Source: Bacteroidota bacterium (lineage in GTDB: Bacteria > Bacteroidota > Bacteroidia > JABEUT01). Taken from it: a DNA stretch of 64,000 nucleotides. Under the pieces are notes generated by a model, which saw only the letters and a list, made by a program, of their open reading frames with translations, ran no database searches and was not told the origin of the DNA. Positions 1 to 7,240 of this stretch are shown in pieces. Position numbers and translations under genes: made by a program. Numbering within the stretch: position 1 is the first letter of the stretch; each line of letters opens with the position of its first letter. Where the stretch lies: assembly GCA_013289475.1 (NCBI GenBank), contig JABCZW010000006.1, positions 1,050 through 65,049 of the forward strand. The letters run 5' to 3'.

Positions 1-342
1 GAAGTGGTTTTCCAGGATCCGGCAAGTGTAACAAACTATTACCGTTTTATTGAAACGGTGAACGATACCCTTCTTACTAATATAAATGCTCTGGATGATT
101 CGTATTTCAACGGCAAATACATTGCTTACCCTATACGCCACAGGTTAAATGCGGGTGATAGCGCCAAGATTGAAATGCAATGTATAGACAAAGGAACTTA
201 TCAATACCTTACTACATTGGGTGAAGCATCGGGCTCAACCAATGTTACTCCTGCCAACCCGGTTTCCAATATTTCAAATAATGCCCTGGGTTATTTCAGT
301 GCGCATACTTCCCGGGTAAGGGCCGTTAAGGTTGTGCGATGA
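1..342 (+). CDS. C-terminal fragment of a DUF4249-like lipoprotein (5' end outside window)
   Basis: ORF is open to the window edge in frame 1. The C-terminal NNALGYFSAHTS resembles the conserved end of DUF4249 proteins that accompany Bacteroidota TonB-dependent receptors. Family call is from memory only. Confidence 0.4.
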   Translation, partial: EVVFQDPASVTNYYRFIETVNDTLLTNINALDDSYFNGKYIAYPIRHRLNAGDSAKIEMQCIDKGTYQYLTTLGEASGSTNVTPANPVSNISNNALGYFSAHTSRVRAVKVVR

Positions 343-389
343 TTGGAAGACAAGATTAAAATTTGTAATCTTGCATCAAATATTTATTT

Positions 390-971
390 ATGAAGAAAGG
401 GCGTTTTGAAGCATTCAGCGATGGCATGTTTGCTATAATAATAACCATTATGGTGCTTGATATTAAAGCGCCCCATGGTAACACTTTTAAAGATTTACTT
501 ACTCAATTACCGACCATATTTTGCTACCTGCAGAGTTTTTGGTTTGTGGCAAACTATTGGAGTAACCATCATCACCTGGTGCATTGTGTAGAGAAGGTTA
601 CAGGATCAATATTAGTGGCAAATCTCAACCTGCTTTTTTTTCTATCGCTCATACCATTTGTTACAGGTTGGGTAAGTGAAAGTAATTTTGCCCCTGAGCC
701 TGTAATAGTATATGCCATTGCACTTCTAATACCGGGCTTTGCATGGACCATACTTCAAAAAATTATTGAAAAGCATAACCCATGGACCGAAAAAATGAAA
801 ATTGCAATGAAACGGCAGGAGATGAAAGCTTATATAAGCATAGTTCTTTATGCAGCAGCTATTCCGGTTGCACTTTTCAATACCTATATTTCAGAAGCCC
901 TGTTTGTAGTCGTAGCTTTAGTTTGGGTATTCCCAGATAAGAGGATAGAAGAAGCATTGAGTGGGGTATGA
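390..971 (+). CDS. TMEM175/DUF1211 family potassium channel-like membrane protein
   Basis: N-terminal RFEAFSDGMFAIIITIMVLD signature (RxxxFSD helix 1) and about 6 hydrophobic helices in 193 aa. Confidence 0.75.
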   Translation: MKKGRFEAFSDGMFAIIITIMVLDIKAPHGNTFKDLLTQLPTIFCYLQSFWFVANYWSNHHHLVHCVEKVTGSILVANLNLLFFLSLIPFVTGWVSESNFAPEPVIVYAIALLIPGFAWTILQKIIEKHNPWTEKMKIAMKRQEMKAYISIVLYAAAIPVALFNTYISEALFVVVALVWVFPDKRIEEALSGV

Positions 972-1125
972 GGAGTTGAATTTGTTTGTTTTTGAGTTCT
1001 CGGCCCGGTTGCCCTAATTACTAATAATCTTAGTTTAAAAACCTGTGAATTATGTAAGAGATTACGTGAAATGTGTAACTCTTTATGGTTTGATTATCAG
1101 GAGCTTTGTGTATTCTGATAATTGT

Positions 1126-1593
1126 ATGAATTCTAAACAAGAAACTGCTCCACTTAATGTTCTGCTTGCAGATGACGATAGCGATGATTGTTTGTTTTTT
1201 GGTAAAGCTTTAAAAGAGCTTCCCATTGCAACTAATCTTATATCTGTTCAGGATGGAGAAGATCTTATGAAGTATCTTTCCGATAATTCAGAAAACCTTC
1301 CTGATATTCTTTTTCTCGACCTTAGTATGCCCCGTAAAACAGGTTTCGAATGCCTTGCAGAGATAAAAGGAAATGAAAAGCTGAAAGGACTTTCTGTAGT
1401 TGTATTTACTATAGCCTATCCGCATAACCTCGATTTTGAGAGAGAAATAACAAATACACTCACTAAGATGGGAGCGCAGGAATTTATTCGTAAGAGCGCT
1501 GATCTTACTAAGCTTAAACAGGCTATTCATCATGCACTTATATTATTAACAGAAAAGAAACCGCTTAACGGACGGGTAGAAACGATATTATAA
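1126..1593 (+). CDS. Single-domain response regulator (CheY/Rcp1-like receiver), paralogue 1
   Basis: LNVLLADDDSDDCLFF acidic pocket, phospho-acceptor D in ILFLDLSMPRKTG, T in VVVFT, K in FIRKS, no output domain. Start moved to ATG 1126 (MNSKQE) because the upstream extension from 1045 is low quality. Confidence 0.85.
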   Translation: MNSKQETAPLNVLLADDDSDDCLFFGKALKELPIATNLISVQDGEDLMKYLSDNSENLPDILFLDLSMPRKTGFECLAEIKGNEKLKGLSVVVFTIAYPHNLDFEREITNTLTKMGAQEFIRKSADLTKLKQAIHHALILLTEKKPLNGRVETIL

Positions 1594-1655
1594 ACACAAA
1601 AAAGTATACGAAGAAAATATTTCTAAAACCCCAAATTGATTAACACCCCAACCTA

Positions 1656-2099
1656 ATGAATTTAAAAAAACTTAACATTTTACTTGCAGATGACGACACA
1701 GACGACTGCACTTTTTTCAAAGAAGCATTGGAAGATTTGAAATTATCTACTCACCTGACTATAGTACACGATGGAGAAGAACTGATGCAACTACTTGAGC
1801 ATGAGAAAAAGAGCCTTCCCGATGTGCTTTTTCTTGATATTAATATGCCTCGCAAAAATGGCTTCGAATGTTTGTCTGAAATAAGACATAATAAAAAATT
1901 GAAAGACCTCCCAGTGGTTATGTTTTCAACATCCAACTCAATTGATAAGATCAGCGCGATATTCAAAATCGGGGCGCATGTATATATTCACAAACCGGGC
2001 GATTTTGCACAATTAAAAGAGGTTATTAGCCATGCACTTCCTATAGTTACAGAAGCAACATCGTCAAACAAAAAGGTAAAGTATATTCTTAACGCATGA
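1656..2099 (+). CDS. Single-domain response regulator (CheY/Rcp1-like receiver), paralogue 2
   Basis: MNLKKLNILLADDDTDDCTFF, LFLDINMPRKNGFE, FSTS and HKP receiver motifs; 147 aa with no output domain. Confidence 0.9.
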   Translation: MNLKKLNILLADDDTDDCTFFKEALEDLKLSTHLTIVHDGEELMQLLEHEKKSLPDVLFLDINMPRKNGFECLSEIRHNKKLKDLPVVMFSTSNSIDKISAIFKIGAHVYIHKPGDFAQLKEVISHALPIVTEATSSNKKVKYILNA

Positions 2100-2560
2100 A
2101 TTTAAAGAAATTAAACATATTGCTTGCAGATGATGACCTTGACGATTGCATTTTTTTTAAAGAAGCATTGGAAGAACTGGCGCTATCTGCCAACCTGACA
2201 GCAGTACATGACGGCGAGCAACTCATGCAACTGCTTATTAATGAAACAAACGAGTTACCCGATGTTCTTTTCCTCGACTTAAATATGCCCCGCAAAAATG
2301 GTTTCGAATGTTTAACAGAAATAAAGCTCAATGAAAAACTCAAACAGCTTCCTGTAATTATCTTCTCCACTTCCTTTGAACAGGAAGTTGTGAACCAGCT
2401 TTACAAAAGTGGGGCGCAGCATTTCATTCGCAAACCTTCTGAGTTTTCGCAATTCAAAAAAATAATACAGCAATCGCTTGCGCTCACTGCGGAGGGAGTT
2501 ATCGAACAACCAACACAAGAGAATTTTGTGCTCACCATACAAAACAGTTTAATTACTTAA
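2096..2560 (+). CDS. Single-domain response regulator (CheY/Rcp1-like receiver), paralogue 3
   Basis: The N-terminal half is nearly identical to paralogue 2 (MNLKKLNILLADDDLDDCIFFKEALEEL...LFLDLNMPRKNGFECL). Its ATGA start overlaps the stop of paralogue 2. It ends 1 nt before the kinase start. Confidence 0.9.
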   Translation: MNLKKLNILLADDDLDDCIFFKEALEELALSANLTAVHDGEQLMQLLINETNELPDVLFLDLNMPRKNGFECLTEIKLNEKLKQLPVIIFSTSFEQEVVNQLYKSGAQHFIRKPSEFSQFKKIIQQSLALTAEGVIEQPTQENFVLTIQNSLIT

Positions 2561-2561
2561 T

Positions 2562-4094
2562 ATGACAACAGGAATCAATTCAGACAGGGATGAGTTAATA
2601 ATTATTCGCCAGGAGCTCGCTTTCCAAAATGAAGAAAAGGAAAAACTTTTAATCGAGTTGGGTATTGCCAATAAAGAACTTGCTTTCCAAAAAGAAGAAA
2701 AAGGAAAACGTGCAGCAGAGCTGGGTATTGCCAATAAGGAGCTCGCTTTTCAGGATGACGAAAAAGGCAAGCGTGCCGCAGAGCTGGGTATTGCTAACAA
2801 AGAACTTGCTTTCCAGGACGATGAAAAAGGCAAGCGTGCAGCAGAGTTGGGTATTGCCAATAAAGAACTTGTATTTCAGGATGAGGAAAAAGAGAAACGT
2901 GCAGCAGAGCTGGGTATTGCCAATATAGAACTTGCTTTCCAGGTAGAAGAAAAGGAAAAACGCGCAGCCGAGTTGATCATTGCTAATAAAGAACTTGTTT
3001 TTCAAAACGAAGAGAAAGAGAAACGTGCTGCAGAATTAATTATAGCCAATAAAGAACTGGCCTTTCAGAACGAAGAAAAGGAAAAACGCGCAGCCGAGTT
3101 GATCATTGCCAATAAAGAACTTGTTTTCCAGAATGAAGAAAAGGAAAAGCGTGCAGCGGAGAAAGAAAAGCGTGCAGCGGAATTGATCATTGCCAATAAA
3201 GAACTGGCTTTTCAAAACCAGGAGAAAGAAAAACGTGCAGCCGAATTAATCATTGCCAATAAAGAACTGGCATTCCAGAATGAAGAAAAGGAAAAGCGAG
3301 CAGCCGAGTTGATCATAGCCAATAAAGAACTGGCTTTTCAGAACGAAGAAAAAGAGAAGCGCGCAGCCGAATTAGTTATTGCCAACAAAGAATTACTTGC
3401 ATTTACCTACATATCCAGTCACGATTTACAGGAGCCACTTCGTAAGATACAGACCTTTGTAACCATTATACTCGAGAATGAGGATAAAAACCTGTCTGAA
3501 AAAGGTAAGTACAATTTTCAGCGTATGCAACTGGCGGCGGGAAGAATGCAGCAGCTTATTGACGATTTGCTTGCCTTTTCACGCATTAATACCACCGATC
3601 ATAAGTTTGAAAAAGCCGATTTGGGCGCAATTATTGAAGAAGTAAAAACCGAATTAAGAGATACCATACAGGAAAAACATGCAACCATTGAAACTCCTGA
3701 GCTCTGCGCTGCCAATATTATTACTTTTCAGTTTCGCCAGCTTATGTATAACCTTATAAGCAATGCGCTGAAGTTTTCAAAGCCCGATGTGCCATCAAAA
3801 ATAATTATAGAAGGCAAAATTGTAAAGGGTAGTAAATTGAATAACGAAAATCTTTCGCCCGAAAAAAATTATTGCCATATTACCATCAAAGACAATGGTA
3901 TTGGTTTTGAGCCGCGTTTCAGCGAACGTATTTTTGAAGTGTTTCAAAAACTGCACAGCAAAGAAGTATATGGTGGTACAGGCATTGGCCTGGCTATTGT
4001 AAAAAAGATAGTGGAAAACCATAATGGCACCATTACTGCAACTAGTGAGTTAAATAAAGGTGCCACATTTGATATTTTTATTCCGGCTAGTTAG
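2562..4094 (+). CDS. Soluble histidine kinase: 270-aa repeat/coiled-coil N-terminus + HisKA + HATPase_c
   Basis: H-box FTYISSH(287)DLQEPLRKI (phytochrome-type HisKA), N box ISNALKFSKPD, G1 DNGIGFE, G2 GGTGIGLAIVKKIV. No TM segment or signal peptide. Residues 11-280 are tandem 21-aa repeats. Confidence 0.9.
   Translation: MTTGINSDRDELIIIRQELAFQNEEKEKLLIELGIANKELAFQKEEKGKRAAELGIANKELAFQDDEKGKRAAELGIANKELAFQDDEKGKRAAELGIANKELVFQDEEKEKRAAELGIANIELAFQVEEKEKRAAELIIANKELVFQNEEKEKRAAELIIANKELAFQNEEKEKRAAELIIANKELVFQNEEKEKRAAEKEKRAAELIIANKELAFQNQEKEKRAAELIIANKELAFQNEEKEKRAAELIIANKELAFQNEEKEKRAAELVIANKELLAFTYISSHDLQEPLRKIQTFVTIILENEDKNLSEKGKYNFQRMQLAAGRMQQLIDDLLAFSRINTTDHKFEKADLGAIIEEVKTELRDTIQEKHATIETPELCAANIITFQFRQLMYNLISNALKFSKPDVPSKIIIEGKIVKGSKLNNENLSPEKNYCHITIKDNGIGFEPRFSERIFEVFQKLHSKEVYGGTGIGLAIVKKIVENHNGTITATSELNKGATFDIFIPAS
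2592..3401 (+). repeat. In-frame 63-bp tandem repeat array (about 12.5 copies) plus one 21-bp internal duplication at 3138-3179
   Basis: Period measured directly: GAGTTGGGTATTGCC at 2655 and GAGCTGGGTATTGCC at 2718 are 63 nt apart. Unit is KRAAEL[GI]IANKEL[AV]FQ[ND][ED]EK[EG]. EKEKRAA is duplicated once. Confidence 0.95.
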
Positions 4095-4213
4095 AGGCAA
4101 TATCAATATTTAGAGGAATAATTCATTGAATTTAGGTATCTGTATTGTGTTGATTATCAATAGTATGTTGTGGTTTTCTTTTTGGTATCTTCATATCCAA
4201 TCAATTTCTTTCT

Positions 4214-4221
4214 TATCTTTG
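4214..4221 (+). promoter_or_regulatory. Candidate Bacteroidota sigma-A -7 box (TATCTTTG) for the methionine-operon leader
   Basis: Exact match to TAnnTTTG about 45 nt upstream of the riboswitch P1. Confidence 0.45.
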
Positions 4222-4264
4222 CAGCGCAAATAATTACTCCTCGCATAAAAGCATGGTGTAGTTG

Positions 4265-4365
4265 TTATACAGAAGAGGTGAGAGATCAGGCTCGTTGACC
4301 CTCTGGCAACCGTCTAAGTTTAGAAAAGGTGCCAACTCCTGCCCAAGGCAACGCGGGACATATAA
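4265..4365 (+). promoter_or_regulatory. SAM-I (S-box) riboswitch
   Basis: TTATACAGAAGAGGTGAGAGATCAGGCTCGTTGACCCTCTGGCAACC...GGTGCCAACTCCTGC...TATAA matches the conserved AGAGG/GAGGGA-like, GGC(C/T)C, GCAACC and GGUGCCAAuUCC blocks with a P1 closing helix. It lies upstream of metX. Confidence 0.7.
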
Positions 4366-4564
4366 AAATTACATAGGCCATGAAAAACAAAAGACACAGT
4401 CCTTTTATTAAAACCCTCAGGGGGAGTTCAAATTCTATTATTTGTTGTATGCGAATGCCAATTCTTGGCAATTAAAGCATCCTAAACAAAATTTGTTGTA
4501 AAAAAGGATGTGTTGCTAAAACGCATAGAATTCTCAACCTTAATCTCAACCTGATACTCACCAA

Positions 4565-6817
4565 ATGAACACACATATATTCGAACATAAAAAGACTTAT
4601 AAACTGGAATCGGGCCAGAGCTTGTCTGGCTTTACGCTTGCTTACCAAACATGGGGCAAACTGAATAAAGAAAAAGACAATGTAATATGGGTATGCCATG
4701 CCCTTACCGCCAACGCCGATGCAGCTGACTGGTGGCCGGGCATGATTGGTACCGATAAAGTATTTGACCCCGCAAAGTATTTTATTGTCTGCGCCAATAT
4801 TTTGGGTTCATGCTATGGTTCTACCGGCCCTTTATCGATAAACCCTGCAACAGGAAAATCTTTCTTTCATGAGTTCCCTTTACTTACCGTTCGTGATATT
4901 GTCAGTTCGCTTGATCTGTTACGCCGTGAACTAGGTATAGAACAAATTGATACCGCTATTGGTGGTTCATTGGGCGGCCAGCAGGCAATAGAGTGGGCAA
5001 CAAGCTCACCTGATCTTATCAAACATTTAATAGTAGTGGCATCAAATGCGGTAAGCTCACCATGGGGTATTGCTTTCCGTGAGAGCCAACGCCTTGCTAT
5101 TAGCGCCGACCAAACCTGGAAGGAATCTAAGCCTGATGCTGGCACTGAGGGAATGAAAGCCGCCCGTGCTATTGCATTGCTTAGCTACCGCAATTATATA
5201 ACCTATTCACAAACACAAAAAGAAACCGACGACAATAAAACAGATGATTTTAAAGCCTCATCATACCAACGTTACCAGGGTGATAAATTGATTAAGCGGT
5301 TTAATGCATTTTCATACTATTCACTCTCCAAAGTAATGGATTCGCACAATGTAGGCCGTGGCAGGGGAGGAGTGAAACAGGCGTTAGCAGGTATAAAAGC
5401 CAAAGTACTGGCTGTTGGCATTACGTCAGATCTGTTATTCCCTGCATCTGAGTCGAGATTTATAGCAGAGAATGTTCCCGGCGCCATTTACGAAGAGATA
5501 AATTCGCTTTATGGCCACGATGGCTTTTTAATAGAAGTACCTAAGTTAACACTCGCAATACAAAATTTTTACCGCAAAATAATGAATACACCCAAAATTG
5601 GATTATTTGGCCTTGGCTGCGTAGGGCAGGGCTTTTATGAGCTTACCCACATACAAACCCCATCGGTGGTGCCGCATAAAATTGTGGTGAAAGACGCCCT
5701 GAAGAAACGCAAAGTAGAAACCCATCAGCTTAGCTTCGATAAGCAAGAAGTATTGCAGGATGAATCAACCAACCTTGTGGTAGAGGTAATCGATAATTCG
5801 AAAGAGGCATTTGAAATTGTACGCGATGCACTGAAAGCAGGTAAGAACGTAGTATCGGCAAATAAAAAGATGGTGGTAGAAAACCTTCCGGAGCTATTAT
5901 CGTTGCAGGAAAAGAATAACGTATCGCTATTATACGAAGCAGGTGTTTGTGCCAGTATCCCTATTCTTCGCACTATAGATAGTTACTTTTCGCAGGAACC
6001 AATTAGTGCTATACGAGGCTTGTGCAACGGTACATCGAACTATATCTTATCTCAGGTCTATAATAAGGGATGGGATTACGCCACTGCATTGGCTGAATCA
6101 CAACGATTAGGTTTTGCTGAAGCCGATCCTACGCTTGATGTAGAAAGCTACGATGCTTTATATAAACTGGTAATACTTACCCTGCATGGTTTCGGATTAC
6201 TTGTAACACCCGAACAGGTATTTAATTACGGTATATCGAACATCAGCCCCGATGATATAGAATATGCCAAGCGAAATGGCTACAAAGTACGCCAGGTGGC
6301 ACAGGTTTATAAACTGGCAAATAATAAAGTCGGCTTATGGGTAGTACCTCAGTTTATTCCTCCTGCCGATCCTTTATATCATGTAGAGAATGAATACAAC
6401 GGCATAACCATTGAAGCTGAACATTCCGGAACGCAATTCTTTTCTGGTAAAGGTGCTGGTAGTTATCCTACGGGTGCAGCAGTACTATCAGATGTGCATG
6501 CATCGTTAGGTGGTTTTAAATATCGTTACGAAAAGTATAAGGATAATAAAGGCCTTGGCTTGGCTAATTCAATTGAGATAGAGGTTTACATAAGGGCAAA
6601 TTCTGAAAAGGTATTGAATGATATTAAGTTGAAAGACTTAAAGCATACCAAAGGTGAGAACTTCGCTATAGGAAAAATAAGCCTTGCCCATCTTATAGAG
6701 ATAAAACCTTTGCTTGAGAAAGAAAAAGTGTTCCTGGCATCATTGCCTTTTTCACTTGCAAGCAAAGAAAAGGCAACAACAAGCACCGCAGAAAAACAAT
6801 TACATTTGAAAAACTGA
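4565..6817 (+). CDS. metX-hom: Fusion protein: homoserine O-acetyltransferase (MetX, aa 1-339) + homoserine dehydrogenase (Hom, aa 340-750)
   Basis: N-terminal part: alpha/beta hydrolase with GGSLGGQQA nucleophile elbow and YGHDGFL end. From ATG 5582: KIGLFGLGCVGQG Rossmann motif, SANKK, LYEAGVCASIPI, and GFAEADPTLDVESYDA homoserine dehydrogenase motifs. No stop codon between the halves. Confidence 0.85.
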   Translation: MNTHIFEHKKTYKLESGQSLSGFTLAYQTWGKLNKEKDNVIWVCHALTANADAADWWPGMIGTDKVFDPAKYFIVCANILGSCYGSTGPLSINPATGKSFFHEFPLLTVRDIVSSLDLLRRELGIEQIDTAIGGSLGGQQAIEWATSSPDLIKHLIVVASNAVSSPWGIAFRESQRLAISADQTWKESKPDAGTEGMKAARAIALLSYRNYITYSQTQKETDDNKTDDFKASSYQRYQGDKLIKRFNAFSYYSLSKVMDSHNVGRGRGGVKQALAGIKAKVLAVGITSDLLFPASESRFIAENVPGAIYEEINSLYGHDGFLIEVPKLTLAIQNFYRKIMNTPKIGLFGLGCVGQGFYELTHIQTPSVVPHKIVVKDALKKRKVETHQLSFDKQEVLQDESTNLVVEVIDNSKEAFEIVRDALKAGKNVVSANKKMVVENLPELLSLQEKNNVSLLYEAGVCASIPILRTIDSYFSQEPISAIRGLCNGTSNYILSQVYNKGWDYATALAESQRLGFAEADPTLDVESYDALYKLVILTLHGFGLLVTPEQVFNYGISNISPDDIEYAKRNGYKVRQVAQVYKLANNKVGLWVVPQFIPPADPLYHVENEYNGITIEAEHSGTQFFSGKGAGSYPTGAAVLSDVHASLGGFKYRYEKYKDNKGLGLANSIEIEVYIRANSEKVLNDIKLKDLKHTKGENFAIGKISLAHLIEIKPLLEKEKVFLASLPFSLASKEKATTSTAEKQLHLKN

Positions 6818-6822
6818 CAATT

Positions 6823-7239
6823 ATGGCAAAAATTACTTTACATAGAGTAGATAACGATTTTTTGCTTGAAGCAAAAAATGTCGTAGGGAGCACCATTAAA
6901 ATGGATGGTAATCCTGAGATTGGCGGGCATAACTTGGGTATGCGCCCACTCGAAACTATGATTGCAGCATTAGGCGGTTGCAGCAGTATCGATGTGATTA
7001 TGATATTAAAAAAACAAAGGCAACAGATTGACAGCTATGATGTGGAAATAGAATATGAGCGTGATCAAAAGCAGGAACCTGCATTGATTACTCAAATACA
7101 TGTTAAGTTTATTATAAAGGGTAAGGTTGATGAAGATAAATTGCAAAAAGCAATTGAACTGAGCCTAGAGAAATATTGTACCGTAGCTAAAATGCTGGAG
7201 AAGACCGCTAAGATTACGAGCTCATACCAAATAAATTAA
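6823..7239 (+). CDS. OsmC/Ohr family protein
   Basis: 138 aa with MRPLETMIAALGGCSSIDV and LEKYCTVAKML, the two conserved Cys positions of the OsmC fold. Spaced 5 nt and 1 nt from the flanking met genes. Confidence 0.75.
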   Translation: MAKITLHRVDNDFLLEAKNVVGSTIKMDGNPEIGGHNLGMRPLETMIAALGGCSSIDVIMILKKQRQQIDSYDVEIEYERDQKQEPALITQIHVKFIIKGKVDEDKLQKAIELSLEKYCTVAKMLEKTAKITSSYQIN

Positions 7240-7240
7240 T

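Noticed and set aside
2549-3005. ORFs 2549-2734(-), 2649-3005(-) and 2665-2928(+) from the track
   Set aside because: Alternative-frame and antisense readings of the tandem repeat. Their proteins are themselves periodic low-complexity strings, and the sense frame has strong kinase context.
2592-3401. Regular 63-bp repeats that could be taken for a CRISPR array
   Set aside because: The copies are contiguous with no unique spacers. They lie in frame within a long ORF that continues into a clear HisKA/HATPase domain, and no cas genes are present.
4286-4699. Minus-strand ORFs 4286-4471 and 4472-4699
   Set aside because: They overlap the SAM riboswitch, its leader and the metX 5' end. Their composition is poor (LRLRLRI comes from the hexamer tract), and the plus-strand interpretation explains the region.
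5582-5584. Possibility that metX and hom are two separate genes
   Set aside because: No stop codon exists in the metX frame before the hom ATG, and the TAA in TAATG is out of frame. Kept as a fusion, with a sequencing-error caveat in the findings.
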